A stretch of 64,000 bases of DNA from a virus. Shown piece by piece: positions 44,606-55,100 of the stretch; position 1 is the stretch's first letter, and the number at the start of each line of letters is the position of its first letter. The position numbers and the translations under genes are program-made. The stretch lies in the IMG/VR virus record IMGVR_UViG_3300049811_000081, positions 46,305 through 110,304 of that record. The stretch is one strand, 5' to 3'. Under the pieces are notes generated by a model, which did not search any database, was not told the DNA's origin, and saw only the letters and a list, made by a program, of their open reading frames with translations.

Positions 44606-46738
44606 TAATTTTTCGATTTGAGTTATCACCATTTCAGAAGTGATTTGTTTTGAACACTCAAATTGTCTGTTCGTGTTTTTATGTACAGGACACCAATTCC
44701 AGTCTCCCGCATCAAAATTGTAATTATGCCAACATCCGTGACAAACATCTTTATTTATTACTCGATAAATCCCGTTAGTTGGTTCAAGGTATTCATCGGT
44801 AAATCCTGATATGAGTATTGTTGGTGTTCCTCCAGCCCAAGATAACCAACTTAAACCACTACTTACACCAATGAAGAATTCGGATTCTTGCATCACCTTT
44901 AATATACCAAGTAGGTCGGTTCTTTCTTGTTGAACAACACCTGTTGGGTTTTTATTTCCCATATAACCATCTTCTTCGTTTGATAATAGTCTAACCTCAT
45001 ATCCTTTACCATTTAAATAATCAACAACTTCTTGCCATCCATTTTCATTATTCCAATATTTGCATTGTGCTGTTGAGTGTATTCCTATACATACTCTTTT
45101 GCGTTTATTCCTACCTAATTTAGGAAGTCTTGGTTTGAGTTCTTCATATTGTAATCCTAAAATATCCGAAGCAATCTTCATTAAAGGTTGTTTATATGGA
45201 TCTAATGGATGTGCGGTTTCGTCAAATCCATCTTTTGTTTTAAACAACCCTATTCGATACTGAGCATATATGTCATGTACAACCTCATTTGGTTTAATGA
45301 AATTAATTTCCGGATATTGGGTTTCAAATAAGTTGTTATGGAATGTGGAACAAATAACGTAACAATTTTTTTCTTTCCTAAATTGTTCTACATACGGTAT
45401 CCAAGCAATCGTGTCTCCGACAGATTTAGATTCCAGTGAAATCAAAATACGTTTTCTGGTCGGATCAAAAATAAAATCTTTCTGAAATTTTTTAGATTTA
45501 ACACTAATTTTCCAATCAACATAATATTTTAAATTAGCTCTGTGCCAATGATTGTTTTTTGATTTAACCCTATAAACTTCAAGATTTCTTTTTGTATCAG
45601 TAAAAGAAATATCAAATATACCCAATTCATCATCAATGATTTCAAAAAATGGTCCGTCAATAAAGTGATAATTAATTTGTTTTGGTGGTTTTGTCATAAT
45701 TTCTTTGTTTTTCCAATGTAGTATATTTTGTCTGGTGTCCCTAAAATCAGTTATGTCTTTTAATAAAAATTGTGAATAAACTTCAACACCGAGATAATAT
45801 ATGTTAACTATTTTAAATTTTTCGTATTTACCTAGATTTTGTAACGTAAATTTATTTACACCTAAAGTAATAAATTTTTTAATATCACCATATGTTATTT
45901 CCAACAAATATTGTTTTTCTTTATCATCGGTTTCGGTACAATTATTAATAAAAAGATATAATTCATCATCATGATCGGCAGCACATAAAACATCAAACGA
46001 AATACCATTCCTGTCTATCCCTCCCCTATTCCAAACAGCAACTTTATTAAATTCATTATCGTTTGGTATGTAGTCCGTTATTTTTATATTTTGGGTCAAA
46101 TTGGTTAAACAAGTATAGAAAACGTGCTCTAAAGAAAATCCTGTTGGTCTGTTATAAAAATATTCTTTTTTAGTTTTAATCTGATCAACTAAGTTAACCG
46201 CGACATCGGTTCTTATTGAAAAAATATATGTTGCACAATATGGTTGTTCAACATTGTGTTTAGTAGAATTTTTGTGATACTCATAAATAACAGCATCCCA
46301 ATATTCTAATTCTTCTAAAAAGGCTTGTCTATATTGTACGTGATCGGGTAAATTATCATACTCCATAAAATGGATATATTTTTTACCCAAATACTTGGCA
46401 AAATTAAACGAATTTCTCATGGTCTCCCATATGGCATAATCATGATGAAACTCATATGTTGTCTCAATTTTGAAATCGTTTGTTTCAAACCAAATACCAC
46501 TACCAACACCAAAATCATTATATTCTTCCAATAACAATAAAGGATTGTTTTTATCATAGATGAAATAATCTACCATATTCTGTATTTCCACAGAAACGGT
46601 TTGGTGTCCACATAACAGTATATCAACATTAAACTCTCTTAATCTTTTTAATAATTGAATTAAATATTCCTTTTTTTCTTCTGTATTAATCCAATAATCA
46701 ACAATAAAAATATGATCTTTCCGATTTTCTTCCATCAT
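44585..46738 (-). CDS. Aah/TibC-like autotransporter O-heptosyltransferase (BAHT) homologue with extra N-terminal domain
   Basis: C-terminal half: FIDGPFFEI, KYYVDWKI, SKSVGDTIAWIPY, YRIGLF, STAQCKYWNNENGW, FFIGVSSGLSWLSW, LISGFT, and four-Cys iron finger CHGCW...WCP...FECS. Confidence 0.85.
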   Translation of the reverse strand: MMEENRKDHIFIVDYWINTEEKKEYLIQLLKRLREFNVDILLCGHQTVSVEIQNMVDYFIYDKNNPLLLLEEYNDFGVGSGIWFETNDFKIETTYEFHHDYAIWETMRNSFNFAKYLGKKYIHFMEYDNLPDHVQYRQAFLEELEYWDAVIYEYHKNSTKHNVEQPYCATYIFSIRTDVAVNLVDQIKTKKEYFYNRPTGFSLEHVFYTCLTNLTQNIKITDYIPNDNEFNKVAVWNRGGIDRNGISFDVLCAADHDDELYLFINNCTETDDKEKQYLLEITYGDIKKFITLGVNKFTLQNLGKYEKFKIVNIYYLGVEVYSQFLLKDITDFRDTRQNILHWKNKEIMTKPPKQINYHFIDGPFFEIIDDELGIFDISFTDTKRNLEVYRVKSKNNHWHRANLKYYVDWKISVKSKKFQKDFIFDPTRKRILISLESKSVGDTIAWIPYVEQFRKEKNCYVICSTFHNNLFETQYPEINFIKPNEVVHDIYAQYRIGLFKTKDGFDETAHPLDPYKQPLMKIASDILGLQYEELKPRLPKLGRNKRKRVCIGIHSTAQCKYWNNENGWQEVVDYLNGKGYEVRLLSNEEDGYMGNKNPTGVVQQERTDLLGILKVMQESEFFIGVSSGLSWLSWAGGTPTILISGFTDEYLEPTNGIYRVINKDVCHGCWHNYNFDAGDWNWCPVHKNTNRQFECSKQITSEMVITQIEKLLMDTNH

Positions 46739-46747
46739 TATAAAATT

Positions 46748-49474
46748 TTACTCTCTCCAAAAATATAACATTTGTAAATTGTTGTCTGTACCTAAAAACA
46801 TTATAAACGATCTAAATCCGAGACTGTTTAATCTATTTATCAAGTTGTTTCTATCGTTTTCATTATAAAAAAAATGTGCATGATGATACTCCATCGATAT
46901 GTTTTTAATCTTTAAAAGATTTTCATCACTAATACCAGAAAATATATCTAATTCTGACCCTTCCACATCTACTTTTAAGAAATCAATTTTATCTATCAAA
47001 TTGGATTCAAAAAGATAATCAAGTGTATAGGTTCTTGCTTTATAAAAATTTTGTCCAAATTCTTTATTTAAAAAATTAGAACCACCTAAATGATCACTTT
47101 CGTAAAAGTACCCCCGACCAACTTCGCTATGGACACCCGCATTAAAAAGAATTGATCTATCATCAGAATTTAATTGTAATAGTTTGAAATATCGCTTATC
47201 TGGTTCAAAAGATATAACTTTAGATGCTCCTTGTGAATATGCCCATCTGTTGAAGATACCGATATTTGCTCCTAAATCAACAACAATGTCACCATCATTT
47301 ATTCTTTTGGTTCTGTGTAAATAATAGTCTTGTAGATTAAAAATTTCGTGATATATACAATAATCCCAACCGTATTGATCCGCGACCTGTAAAGAAGATC
47401 CTTCAAACCCTTTTATTTCCCCCAAATTTTTACAAACATTTTCTTCGGTGAAGAAATATTCAGAACTGTGAAAGTTTTTATCTCTTTTTAATTTAATAAA
47501 ATTTATCATTTTTTCCGAAACCTCGGAATTCTTATTTCCATGAAAATATATGATATTGGATTTATCTTTTGGTATGAACTGATATCCATAAATTTTATTA
47601 AAGTTGTAGGGACCGTTTTTCACCCAAAAAGTAAAAAAATCTTTTAAATTATTTGCAGTGTAACCAACATCCCCATCATATGATGATGTGTCAAAATTTG
47701 ACAACGGTAAATATTTTTTAAACCCATATTTCCATCTTAAAAAATTATCAATACCCTCATCATTCCATAGGAGATATTTTTTGTAATCAATTAAGGGAAT
47801 TTGCTTATATACCTCAATTATTTCATTAAACCACCACTCACATTTCTTATTGTAGATGTACATACAGACATGGGCATAGGGATCTGATTTTTTCACCTGA
47901 AATAATTCACACAGTTTTTCATTAAAGAGTTGAGTTTCTTTTTTATCATTATATTCACCGAAAAATTCTTTTTGTACATGGATGTCAGATATTGGGTAAT
48001 TATCAATTTCTTTCATGTATTTGTTTATGTTGTCGATATTGTAGTTAACAATTACATCCCCATCAATCCATACATAATTTTCATAATCTTCTTTTAGTGA
48101 TTCTATACATGCATACTGTTTCCAATACCATCTATCATGTTCGGAATACTTTGGTGGGTTGATTGTTTTCTTGATTAAGCATGGGTAATCAAATGGAACA
48201 TCACAATCCACACCGTATACTATAATTTTATGATTGGAAAATTCATTTATGGATTTAACTAATTTTTCGATTACAGGCATATATCCAATATTACCCGTTG
48301 TTACAAAAACAAAATTATTATCGGAATTTATTTTTAATAAATGTTCCGATACTTGTGAAGCGATTTTTCCCCAATTAAATTCTTCATGTATTTCCTGACT
48401 TTCTTTTATTGATCTTTTTTTATAGAGATCGTGGGTTTCATAAACCAATTTCATTTTGTATGATAGGTCTTGGAAATCGGGTTCAATATAATTTCCAACA
48501 AAATTAGGGTCTTGTTTTGTTGCTGGTACCTCATCTAAAACACTAACAGGTATTCCCTTACCATTTGCAAACTGTAATTGTGCTCCCCAATTTGAATATA
48601 TTGATGGGGTTCCGCAAGACATTGCCTCAATTAATGGCAAATTCCATCCCTCACTTCTGGCACAAGAAACAAAAACATGACCTTTTTTTAAATAGGTGAT
48701 ATAGTCTTCTCTTTTTAAAAAATGTAAAACTTTTACTTTATCATTGATTAATCCATAATGATCTAACCTTTCTTCGGTTGAATTAAATCCGTCATTTGCA
48801 AACATATTATCTGCGGATACGAGTAATTGTACGTTATTATTTTGTTTAAATGTTTCAATAAAGGTCTCAATGATTTCCTTTGTTGATTTTCTGTATTCCC
48901 ATCTACCAAACAATAAAAAAGTGAATTTTTCAAACTGTTCTATGTTTTCTTCTGGTTTAAATATGTTAACATCAACCCCCTCTGGTACTACAAATATTTT
49001 ATCTTTATCATAACCTTGTTTAATTAAATTATTTTTTTGCCATTCACTCGGCACCCAAAATTCGTCTAATGTTTTTATTTGATTAAAAAAGTTGTATGGG
49101 TATTCGGTAGTTTCCCAAACATTGTATCCGATAACATAACCGTCGTATTTGTCATAAAAATACCTATGGTTAACATCATTGAGTATAATGTGTAGGTCTG
49201 GTTTAAAATCAAAATTATACCCATATAAAGGAAAATCTGTTACCGTACCGTCTGAGTTATATAATGTTTGTAAAATCAACATATTCCTCATTTCTTCCGT
49301 CATATACGGTTCTTCATCATGAGCATACTGATTATACCCCTTCCATGTTTTACCGACGGTGTAATTTCTAATTTTTACGGTATGGAATTTATTTAAGGCT
49401 GTGAAAAAAGATCTTGCATGGTTATTATACCCAGTATCCCCAATAAATGAGGTGTGTACCAATATTTTCATCAT
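46748..49474 (-). CDS. Three-domain GT4 + GT-A-like + FkbM methyltransferase protein
   Basis: TGYNNHAR...RSEGWNLPLIEAMSCG (GT4); VWIDGD...WNDEG...YFHGNK (GT-A-like); VVDLGANIG...FEPD...FLKVDVEGSE (FkbM). Confidence 0.85.
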   Translation of the reverse strand: MMKILVHTSFIGDTGYNNHARSFFTALNKFHTVKIRNYTVGKTWKGYNQYAHDEEPYMTEEMRNMLILQTLYNSDGTVTDFPLYGYNFDFKPDLHIILNDVNHRYFYDKYDGYVIGYNVWETTEYPYNFFNQIKTLDEFWVPSEWQKNNLIKQGYDKDKIFVVPEGVDVNIFKPEENIEQFEKFTFLLFGRWEYRKSTKEIIETFIETFKQNNNVQLLVSADNMFANDGFNSTEERLDHYGLINDKVKVLHFLKREDYITYLKKGHVFVSCARSEGWNLPLIEAMSCGTPSIYSNWGAQLQFANGKGIPVSVLDEVPATKQDPNFVGNYIEPDFQDLSYKMKLVYETHDLYKKRSIKESQEIHEEFNWGKIASQVSEHLLKINSDNNFVFVTTGNIGYMPVIEKLVKSINEFSNHKIIVYGVDCDVPFDYPCLIKKTINPPKYSEHDRWYWKQYACIESLKEDYENYVWIDGDVIVNYNIDNINKYMKEIDNYPISDIHVQKEFFGEYNDKKETQLFNEKLCELFQVKKSDPYAHVCMYIYNKKCEWWFNEIIEVYKQIPLIDYKKYLLWNDEGIDNFLRWKYGFKKYLPLSNFDTSSYDGDVGYTANNLKDFFTFWVKNGPYNFNKIYGYQFIPKDKSNIIYFHGNKNSEVSEKMINFIKLKRDKNFHSSEYFFTEENVCKNLGEIKGFEGSSLQVADQYGWDYCIYHEIFNLQDYYLHRTKRINDGDIVVDLGANIGIFNRWAYSQGASKVISFEPDKRYFKLLQLNSDDRSILFNAGVHSEVGRGYFYESDHLGGSNFLNKEFGQNFYKARTYTLDYLFESNLIDKIDFLKVDVEGSELDIFSGISDENLLKIKNISMEYHHAHFFYNENDRNNLINRLNSLGFRSFIMFLGTDNNLQMLYFWRE

Positions 49475-49502
49475 TAAAATCTAATAAAAAAATTCGAAAA
49501 CG

Positions 49503-50240
49503 TCAATAATCATCATTAGATGAGATCCATTGAATAAATCTGACACCACTTGATGGTGAAAGTCTAACAACGATAAATGCTGCACCCCAATCCGCTGATG
49601 TACCAAATGTTGGGTTATACGTTTGATCACCTGACGCCGTAACTAATTTTCTTTGGGATATTATTTCGTTACCGGCGGTTGTGGTACCAACCCCGATTGC
49701 TTGGGCACTGCTCCATGATCCATTTGTTGTATCGGTATCTGCGTTTCTTGTTGTATTTGCTTCTCTACCAACAGCACCAATAATTAAATTACTATTACTA
49801 ACAAATCCCGTGACTGAACCTGTTGTTGACGCACCAGTTGCTGTACCTCCACTAACGTATTCAACTCGTTCACTTATTAATGATGAAGATATTTGCATTA
49901 TCACAAATGACTTTGCTGTTGTTGATATACCGAATGACATCGTGACAGAAGATGTTGATTGTAATCTTCCATTTGATAAATTTGATGTGAAAATTCTAAG
50001 TGTAACACCGGCATTAGCAGTACCGGGATCGTTTAAAACATTTTGTCTACTTGTCCATGTATTACCTAAACTATCTTGTATACTAGTATATGGATCGGCA
50101 CCGTTAGTGCCTGAGTTATCATATGAGACACAAAGAACGGCCATAGCATTTGGTGAAAAATTACCGCCAACCTGAAACGCATATGTTGTTCCTGCGGTAT
50201 TATTTGATCCAGATCCTATACTCGAAGCTACAAATGGCAT
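49503..50240 (-). CDS. Ser/Thr/Gly-rich beta-structured virion (tail-associated) protein
   Basis: SIQDSLGNTWT motif; composition like tail-fibre accessory domains. Confidence 0.6.
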   Translation of the reverse strand: MPFVASSIGSGSNNTAGTTYAFQVGGNFSPNAMAVLCVSYDNSGTNGADPYTSIQDSLGNTWTSRQNVLNDPGTANAGVTLRIFTSNLSNGRLQSTSSVTMSFGISTTAKSFVIMQISSSLISERVEYVSGGTATGASTTGSVTGFVSNSNLIIGAVGREANTTRNADTDTTNGSWSSAQAIGVGTTTAGNEIISQRKLVTASGDQTYNPTFGTSADWGAAFIVVRLSPSSGVRFIQWISSNDDY

Positions 50241-50244
50241 ATTA

Positions 50245-50856
50245 TTATTTTCTTACAAAATCAACCTGAACAGATACTTGGTTTGGAGTTCCCGCCGAAC
50301 CACTTATTATTATTTCTAACGAATCTCCCGCAGCGTATGAAACGTTCTGCACACTATTAAACGCGATCCAGTTGTCTTGTGTTGTTAAACTAAGATTCGA
50401 TCCAGAATGTGTTGCATATCCCGCAGAACCAGATCTTCTAGCATTTACTTCGGCACCAGTACCCCCATCTCTCCATCCATACATTGCAACGACATCACAA
50501 TTAAACGGTGCTCTCCAAACAACATAAAATTGATTATTTGTTATTCCTGCAGTATAATCGGCAATTGTTCCACCTTTAGAAAATCTATTTACTGTTGAAA
50601 TAAGTGCTCCAGTTACTAACGTTTCTCCAGAAATTCTAACCCTACCCTCAGATAAAACGTCCAATATTCTTACACTTCCTGTTTGAACCGTTAAAATAGA
50701 CCCCACAATTGAATCTGATACGCTAATTAACCCACCTAAACTACCTGTAATTTCCATTATTGCAGACCCACTACCAATAACACGTAAATCCACACCAGCA
50801 TCGGATGAACTAACAATTAAACTTCCTGTAGTACTCGTTCTTTGTAAATTAGCCAT
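50245..50856 (-). CDS. Probable tail-associated structural protein
   Basis: Repeated TGS/SGS beta motifs shared with the fibre N-terminus; C-terminal YAAGDSLEI; ATATTTAT 8 nt upstream. Confidence 0.6.
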   Translation of the reverse strand: MANLQRTSTTGSLIVSSSDAGVDLRVIGSGSAIMEITGSLGGLISVSDSIVGSILTVQTGSVRILDVLSEGRVRISGETLVTGALISTVNRFSKGGTIADYTAGITNNQFYVVWRAPFNCDVVAMYGWRDGGTGAEVNARRSGSAGYATHSGSNLSLTTQDNWIAFNSVQNVSYAAGDSLEIIISGSAGTPNQVSVQVDFVRK

Positions 50857-50882
50857 ACTATATCATAAATATTTGAGATTTG

Positions 50883-52184
50883 TTATTCAACAACAACATC
50901 AATAAAATAAGAAGATTCATTAAAAGTGTCAGTAGGATATACAACAGAATTAGAATACGTATATCTACCATTACCGGCATAACCTGTATTACTTTGTGGC
51001 GCAGTAATTATACCGTTGGCAATAGATGATGTGAAATAATCAGGTGCCAAACAATATTCCGCCCTATTAGCAAGAATAAATGGCATCAATACCGAAACAA
51101 CATATGTGGTATTTGCACTTATTGATACCGAAGATGTTAATTCCATTCTTTGCCAACCGCTTGTTGTTTCACCAGTAAAGGTAATTTGGGCCAATCTAAC
51201 ACTACCCGAATCTGTCCATAAAGCACCTATATGTGTATTACCATCCATTTGTGAATCTTTATAAAATCTGATTGCTTTTACAACACAATTTTGACTTGTT
51301 CTAAATACTGTACCTAGATTAACACCTGTACCCGAACCGTCCTCTTCAAATGCATATGGTGGAGTGGCATTACCAAATATTGTATATTCTGAAGGTGTTG
51401 GGGTGGGTGTTGGAGTTGGTGTCGGGGTAGGTGTTGGGGTAGGTTGTGCGAACGCCTCTTTTACCTCCAAAATTATTGTTCCGTGATATTGATCTGTAGG
51501 TGCGGAAAGACCCATTGTATATGTTGTTCCTGAAGTTGTACCCGACTTATAATAATTATAAATAGTATTTTTAGTTGTATAAAAACTATAAGAGGTCTCT
51601 GTTATTGGGGTGCTGCGATAAACTCTGGATGAACCATCTCGTGGAAACCAGTCATTTGTCACCGCAACAAAAATACTATCATTTTTTGTTGATGTAATAT
51701 CTACACTTGGAGCTTCTTGGGCACTTTTACTAACAAAAGATCCAGTTGTTGCATTACTAAATGCATATACCGCCATTGTTAATGTTCCATCATCTGTTGG
51801 CATATCGAGAGAACATGTTATTGTCATAGTTCCACCATTGGTAAAATTACCTAACCACATTGTTGTGTATGGTCTTGATTCAACAAATATTCTACCTTTT
51901 TCATTGAGCGAAAAACTTGGGATTGTGGTAAAATTTGGTGGTACAAATGAAAACCCATAAGCATCTGATGCGTCATTATTACTAACTGTTACAACAATTA
52001 GTGAATCTGCATCCAAAGATGTGAGTTGTAAACTGCAAGTAGGGCTGGTGGAACCAATCGACTGTGTTGATCTTACCGCATAAGATGTTAGTCCAAAATT
52101 TTGAAATCCTTGACTTAAAATTTGAGTACCTATCAATGTAAAACCATTAATTTGGGTCGATCCATTAATTACTACCGCAGCCAT
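50883..52184 (-). CDS. Tail-associated protein: beta domain + (PT)n linker + C-terminal DUF4082
   Basis: PTPTPTPTPTPTPTPTP linker; GVNLGTVF...AIRFYK...HIGALW...ETTSGWQ...ISANTTYVVS...YFIDVV. Confidence 0.78.
   Translation of the reverse strand: MAAVVINGSTQINGFTLIGTQILSQGFQNFGLTSYAVRSTQSIGSTSPTCSLQLTSLDADSLIVVTVSNNDASDAYGFSFVPPNFTTIPSFSLNEKGRIFVESRPYTTMWLGNFTNGGTMTITCSLDMPTDDGTLTMAVYAFSNATTGSFVSKSAQEAPSVDITSTKNDSIFVAVTNDWFPRDGSSRVYRSTPITETSYSFYTTKNTIYNYYKSGTTSGTTYTMGLSAPTDQYHGTIILEVKEAFAQPTPTPTPTPTPTPTPTPSEYTIFGNATPPYAFEEDGSGTGVNLGTVFRTSQNCVVKAIRFYKDSQMDGNTHIGALWTDSGSVRLAQITFTGETTSGWQRMELTSSVSISANTTYVVSVLMPFILANRAEYCLAPDYFTSSIANGIITAPQSNTGYAGNGRYTYSNSVVYPTDTFNESSYFIDVVVE
51393..51443 (-). repeat. 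Pro-Thr dipeptide linker repeat
   Basis: About 8 PT units with synonymous variation. Confidence 0.9.
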
Positions 52185-55100
52185 TAAATCTTTCTTTTAT
52201 TTTATTAATTTCTTCTTTTAGTTCTTGAATTGATTTAATTAATATCGATACCATTTTTGTATATGATATCGATTCTGGATTACCATCTCTATCAATTTTA
52301 ACCAAATCAGGATAAATTTTGTATAGTTCCTCCGCAATCAATCCGTATTCTAAACCATTACCCATTGATGAGTCTATCCATTTAAATGTAACAGGGTTTA
52401 ACATCATCACCGTATCTAATTGATTTTCCAATGGGTTAATATCCATTTTAAATCTTTTTGTTGAGGTTTCCGTTAGTGATGTTGCCACTAATGATCCCGT
52501 CAATTGAACCGTATTTGTTCCTTTGATAAATGTTAAATTATTTGATCCGCTAAACGCGCCTCCATCATTAAATTGAATGGTTGTTGTCGCACCTCCAGGT
52601 GAACCACTACCACCCGTTGCACTAATAGATGCTGTTCCACTAGTTACAGTTGCGGTAATATTTGTTGTAAAATTTAAATGTGTTGCAGTTCCTTGTGATA
52701 CACCATCATCCAATATTGTTAATTCACCTCCCACACCACTTGTTCCTGATGTTCCACTAGAACCTCCAGGTCCACTTGTTCCTGATGATCCCGATGATCC
52801 ACTTGTTCCAGATGATCCTGATGAACCGCTTGTACCAGAAGAACCTGACGATCCTGAACTACCGGAAGAACCCGATGACCCTGAACTACCAGATGAACCA
52901 CTTGTACCAGAAGATCCTGAACTACCGGAAGTTCCACTAGTTCCCGATGTTCCTCTTGTACCGGATGAACCACTACTACCAGAAGAACCTGAAGATCCGC
53001 TAGATCCAGAACTACCTGATGAACCACTTGTACCAGAAGTTCCGGAACTACCTGATGAACCACTTGTACCAGAAGATCCTGAACTACCAGATGATCCTGA
53101 TGATCCACTACTACCAGAACTACCAGATGAACCACTAGTACCAGAACTACCCGAAGATCCTGAACTACCAGATGATCCTGATGAACCAGAAGTTCCGGAA
53201 CTACCTGATGAACCAGAAGTTCCGGAACTACCTGATGAACCAGAAGTTCCAGATGATCCACTACTACCAGAACTACCTGATGAACCAGAAGTTCCGGAAC
53301 TACCTGATGAACCAGAACTACCAGATGATCCACTACTACCAGAACTACCAGATGATCCACTACTACCAGAAGTTCCACTACTTCCGGAAGATCCTGATGA
53401 ACCAGAACTGCCGGAAGTTCCACTTGTTCCAGATGTACCTCCGGTTCCAGAAGAACCACTACTACCAGATGATCCACTTGAACCGCTACTACCAGATGAT
53501 CCCGAACTTCCAGAAGTTCCGGATGATCCTGAACTACCAGATGAACCACTTGTACCAGAACTACCCGAAGAACCTGAACTTCCAGACGAACCACTTGTTC
53601 CTGATGTACCAGAACTACCCGCTTGACCCGCAGCTCCTTCTAAATTTGTTGTCCACGAAGCATATGTTCCAGACCCAAATATTGAGGTTACCTCAACAGT
53701 TAATTCACCCGTTGTTGGATTGTATGAAACAATGTCACCAGTAAATGAATTATTTACATCATATGCAATTAAAACTCCTTGAGCAATAGTATATGAAAGT
53801 TGTGTTGTGGCTGTTAGTGTTACATTATTACCAATTACTAATGAATTTAAATTTATTGAGGTGTTTGATGTTCCATTATATACTGGTGATAATCCTGATG
53901 TTCCGCTGGTACCTGATGTACCTCTTGTTCCAGATGATCCTGAACTGCCAGATGAACCACTACTACCTGACGATCCCGAACTACCAGACGATCCGCTTGT
54001 TCCTGACGATCCGCTTGTTCCTGACGAACCACTACTACCAGAAGATCCTGAACTACCAGACGATCCGCTTGTTCCTGACGATCCTGATGTACCACTTGTA
54101 CCAGAAGATCCTGAACTACCAGACGATCCTGATGTACCACTTGTACCAGAAGATCCTGAACTACCAGACGATCCACTACTACCTGATGAACCACCGGTAC
54201 CCGAACTACCAGATGATCCACTCGTACCGGAGGAACCCGACGAACCAGAACTTCCTGATGAACCACTAGTACCAGATGTTCCATTAATTCCGCTCGTACC
54301 AGAACTACCGGAAGAACCACTACCTCCCGATGCACCCTCTAGGTTAACCTCCCAATAACAAAATGTATTAGTGCCACCTATTGTACTTACTTCAACAACA
54401 AAGGCACCTGTGTTTTCATCATATGAGACAATATCACCGGTAAAATAATCATTCACGGAATTTGCAACCAAGATATGTTGCGCAAGTGTATATGAAAGAC
54501 CTGTTGTACCAGTAAAGGATGTATTTAAACCAATTGTTAATCCGCTTAATGTTAAACATGTATCGGATATTCCATCATACTTTGGGGATATACCAGAAGA
54601 TCCGCTTGTTCCTGATGTTCCGCTAGAACCTCCAGGTCCACTTGTTCCTGATGAACCAGAAGATCCGCTAGTACCGGAAGAACCTGACGAACCACTACTA
54701 CCAGAAGATCCACTACTTCCCGAACTACCAGATGATCCCGATGATCCACTTGTACCAGAACTACCAGATGATCCACTTGTACCAGAAGTTCCCCTTGTTC
54801 CTGACGATCCAGAACTTCCTGATGATCCACTTGTCCCTGACGAACCTGAGCTACCAGAAGATCCTGATGATCCACTTGTACCAGAAGAACCACTTGAACC
54901 AGAACTACCTGATGATCCACTTGTACCAGAAGTTCCTCTTGTTCCTGACGATCCAGAACTTCCTGATGAACCACTACTACCTGATGAACCACTTGTGCCA
55001 GAAGTTCCCCTTGTTCCGGATGATCCTGAACTACCAGATGATCCCGATGATCCACTTGTACCAGAACTACCAGATGAACCACTACTACCAGATGAACCAC

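Noticed and set aside
49681-50175. 164-aa plus-strand ORF and other antisense ORFs (e.g. 11277-11654, 35421-35822, 25136-25516)
   Set aside because: Overlap better-supported genes on the opposite strand and have no recognisable motifs
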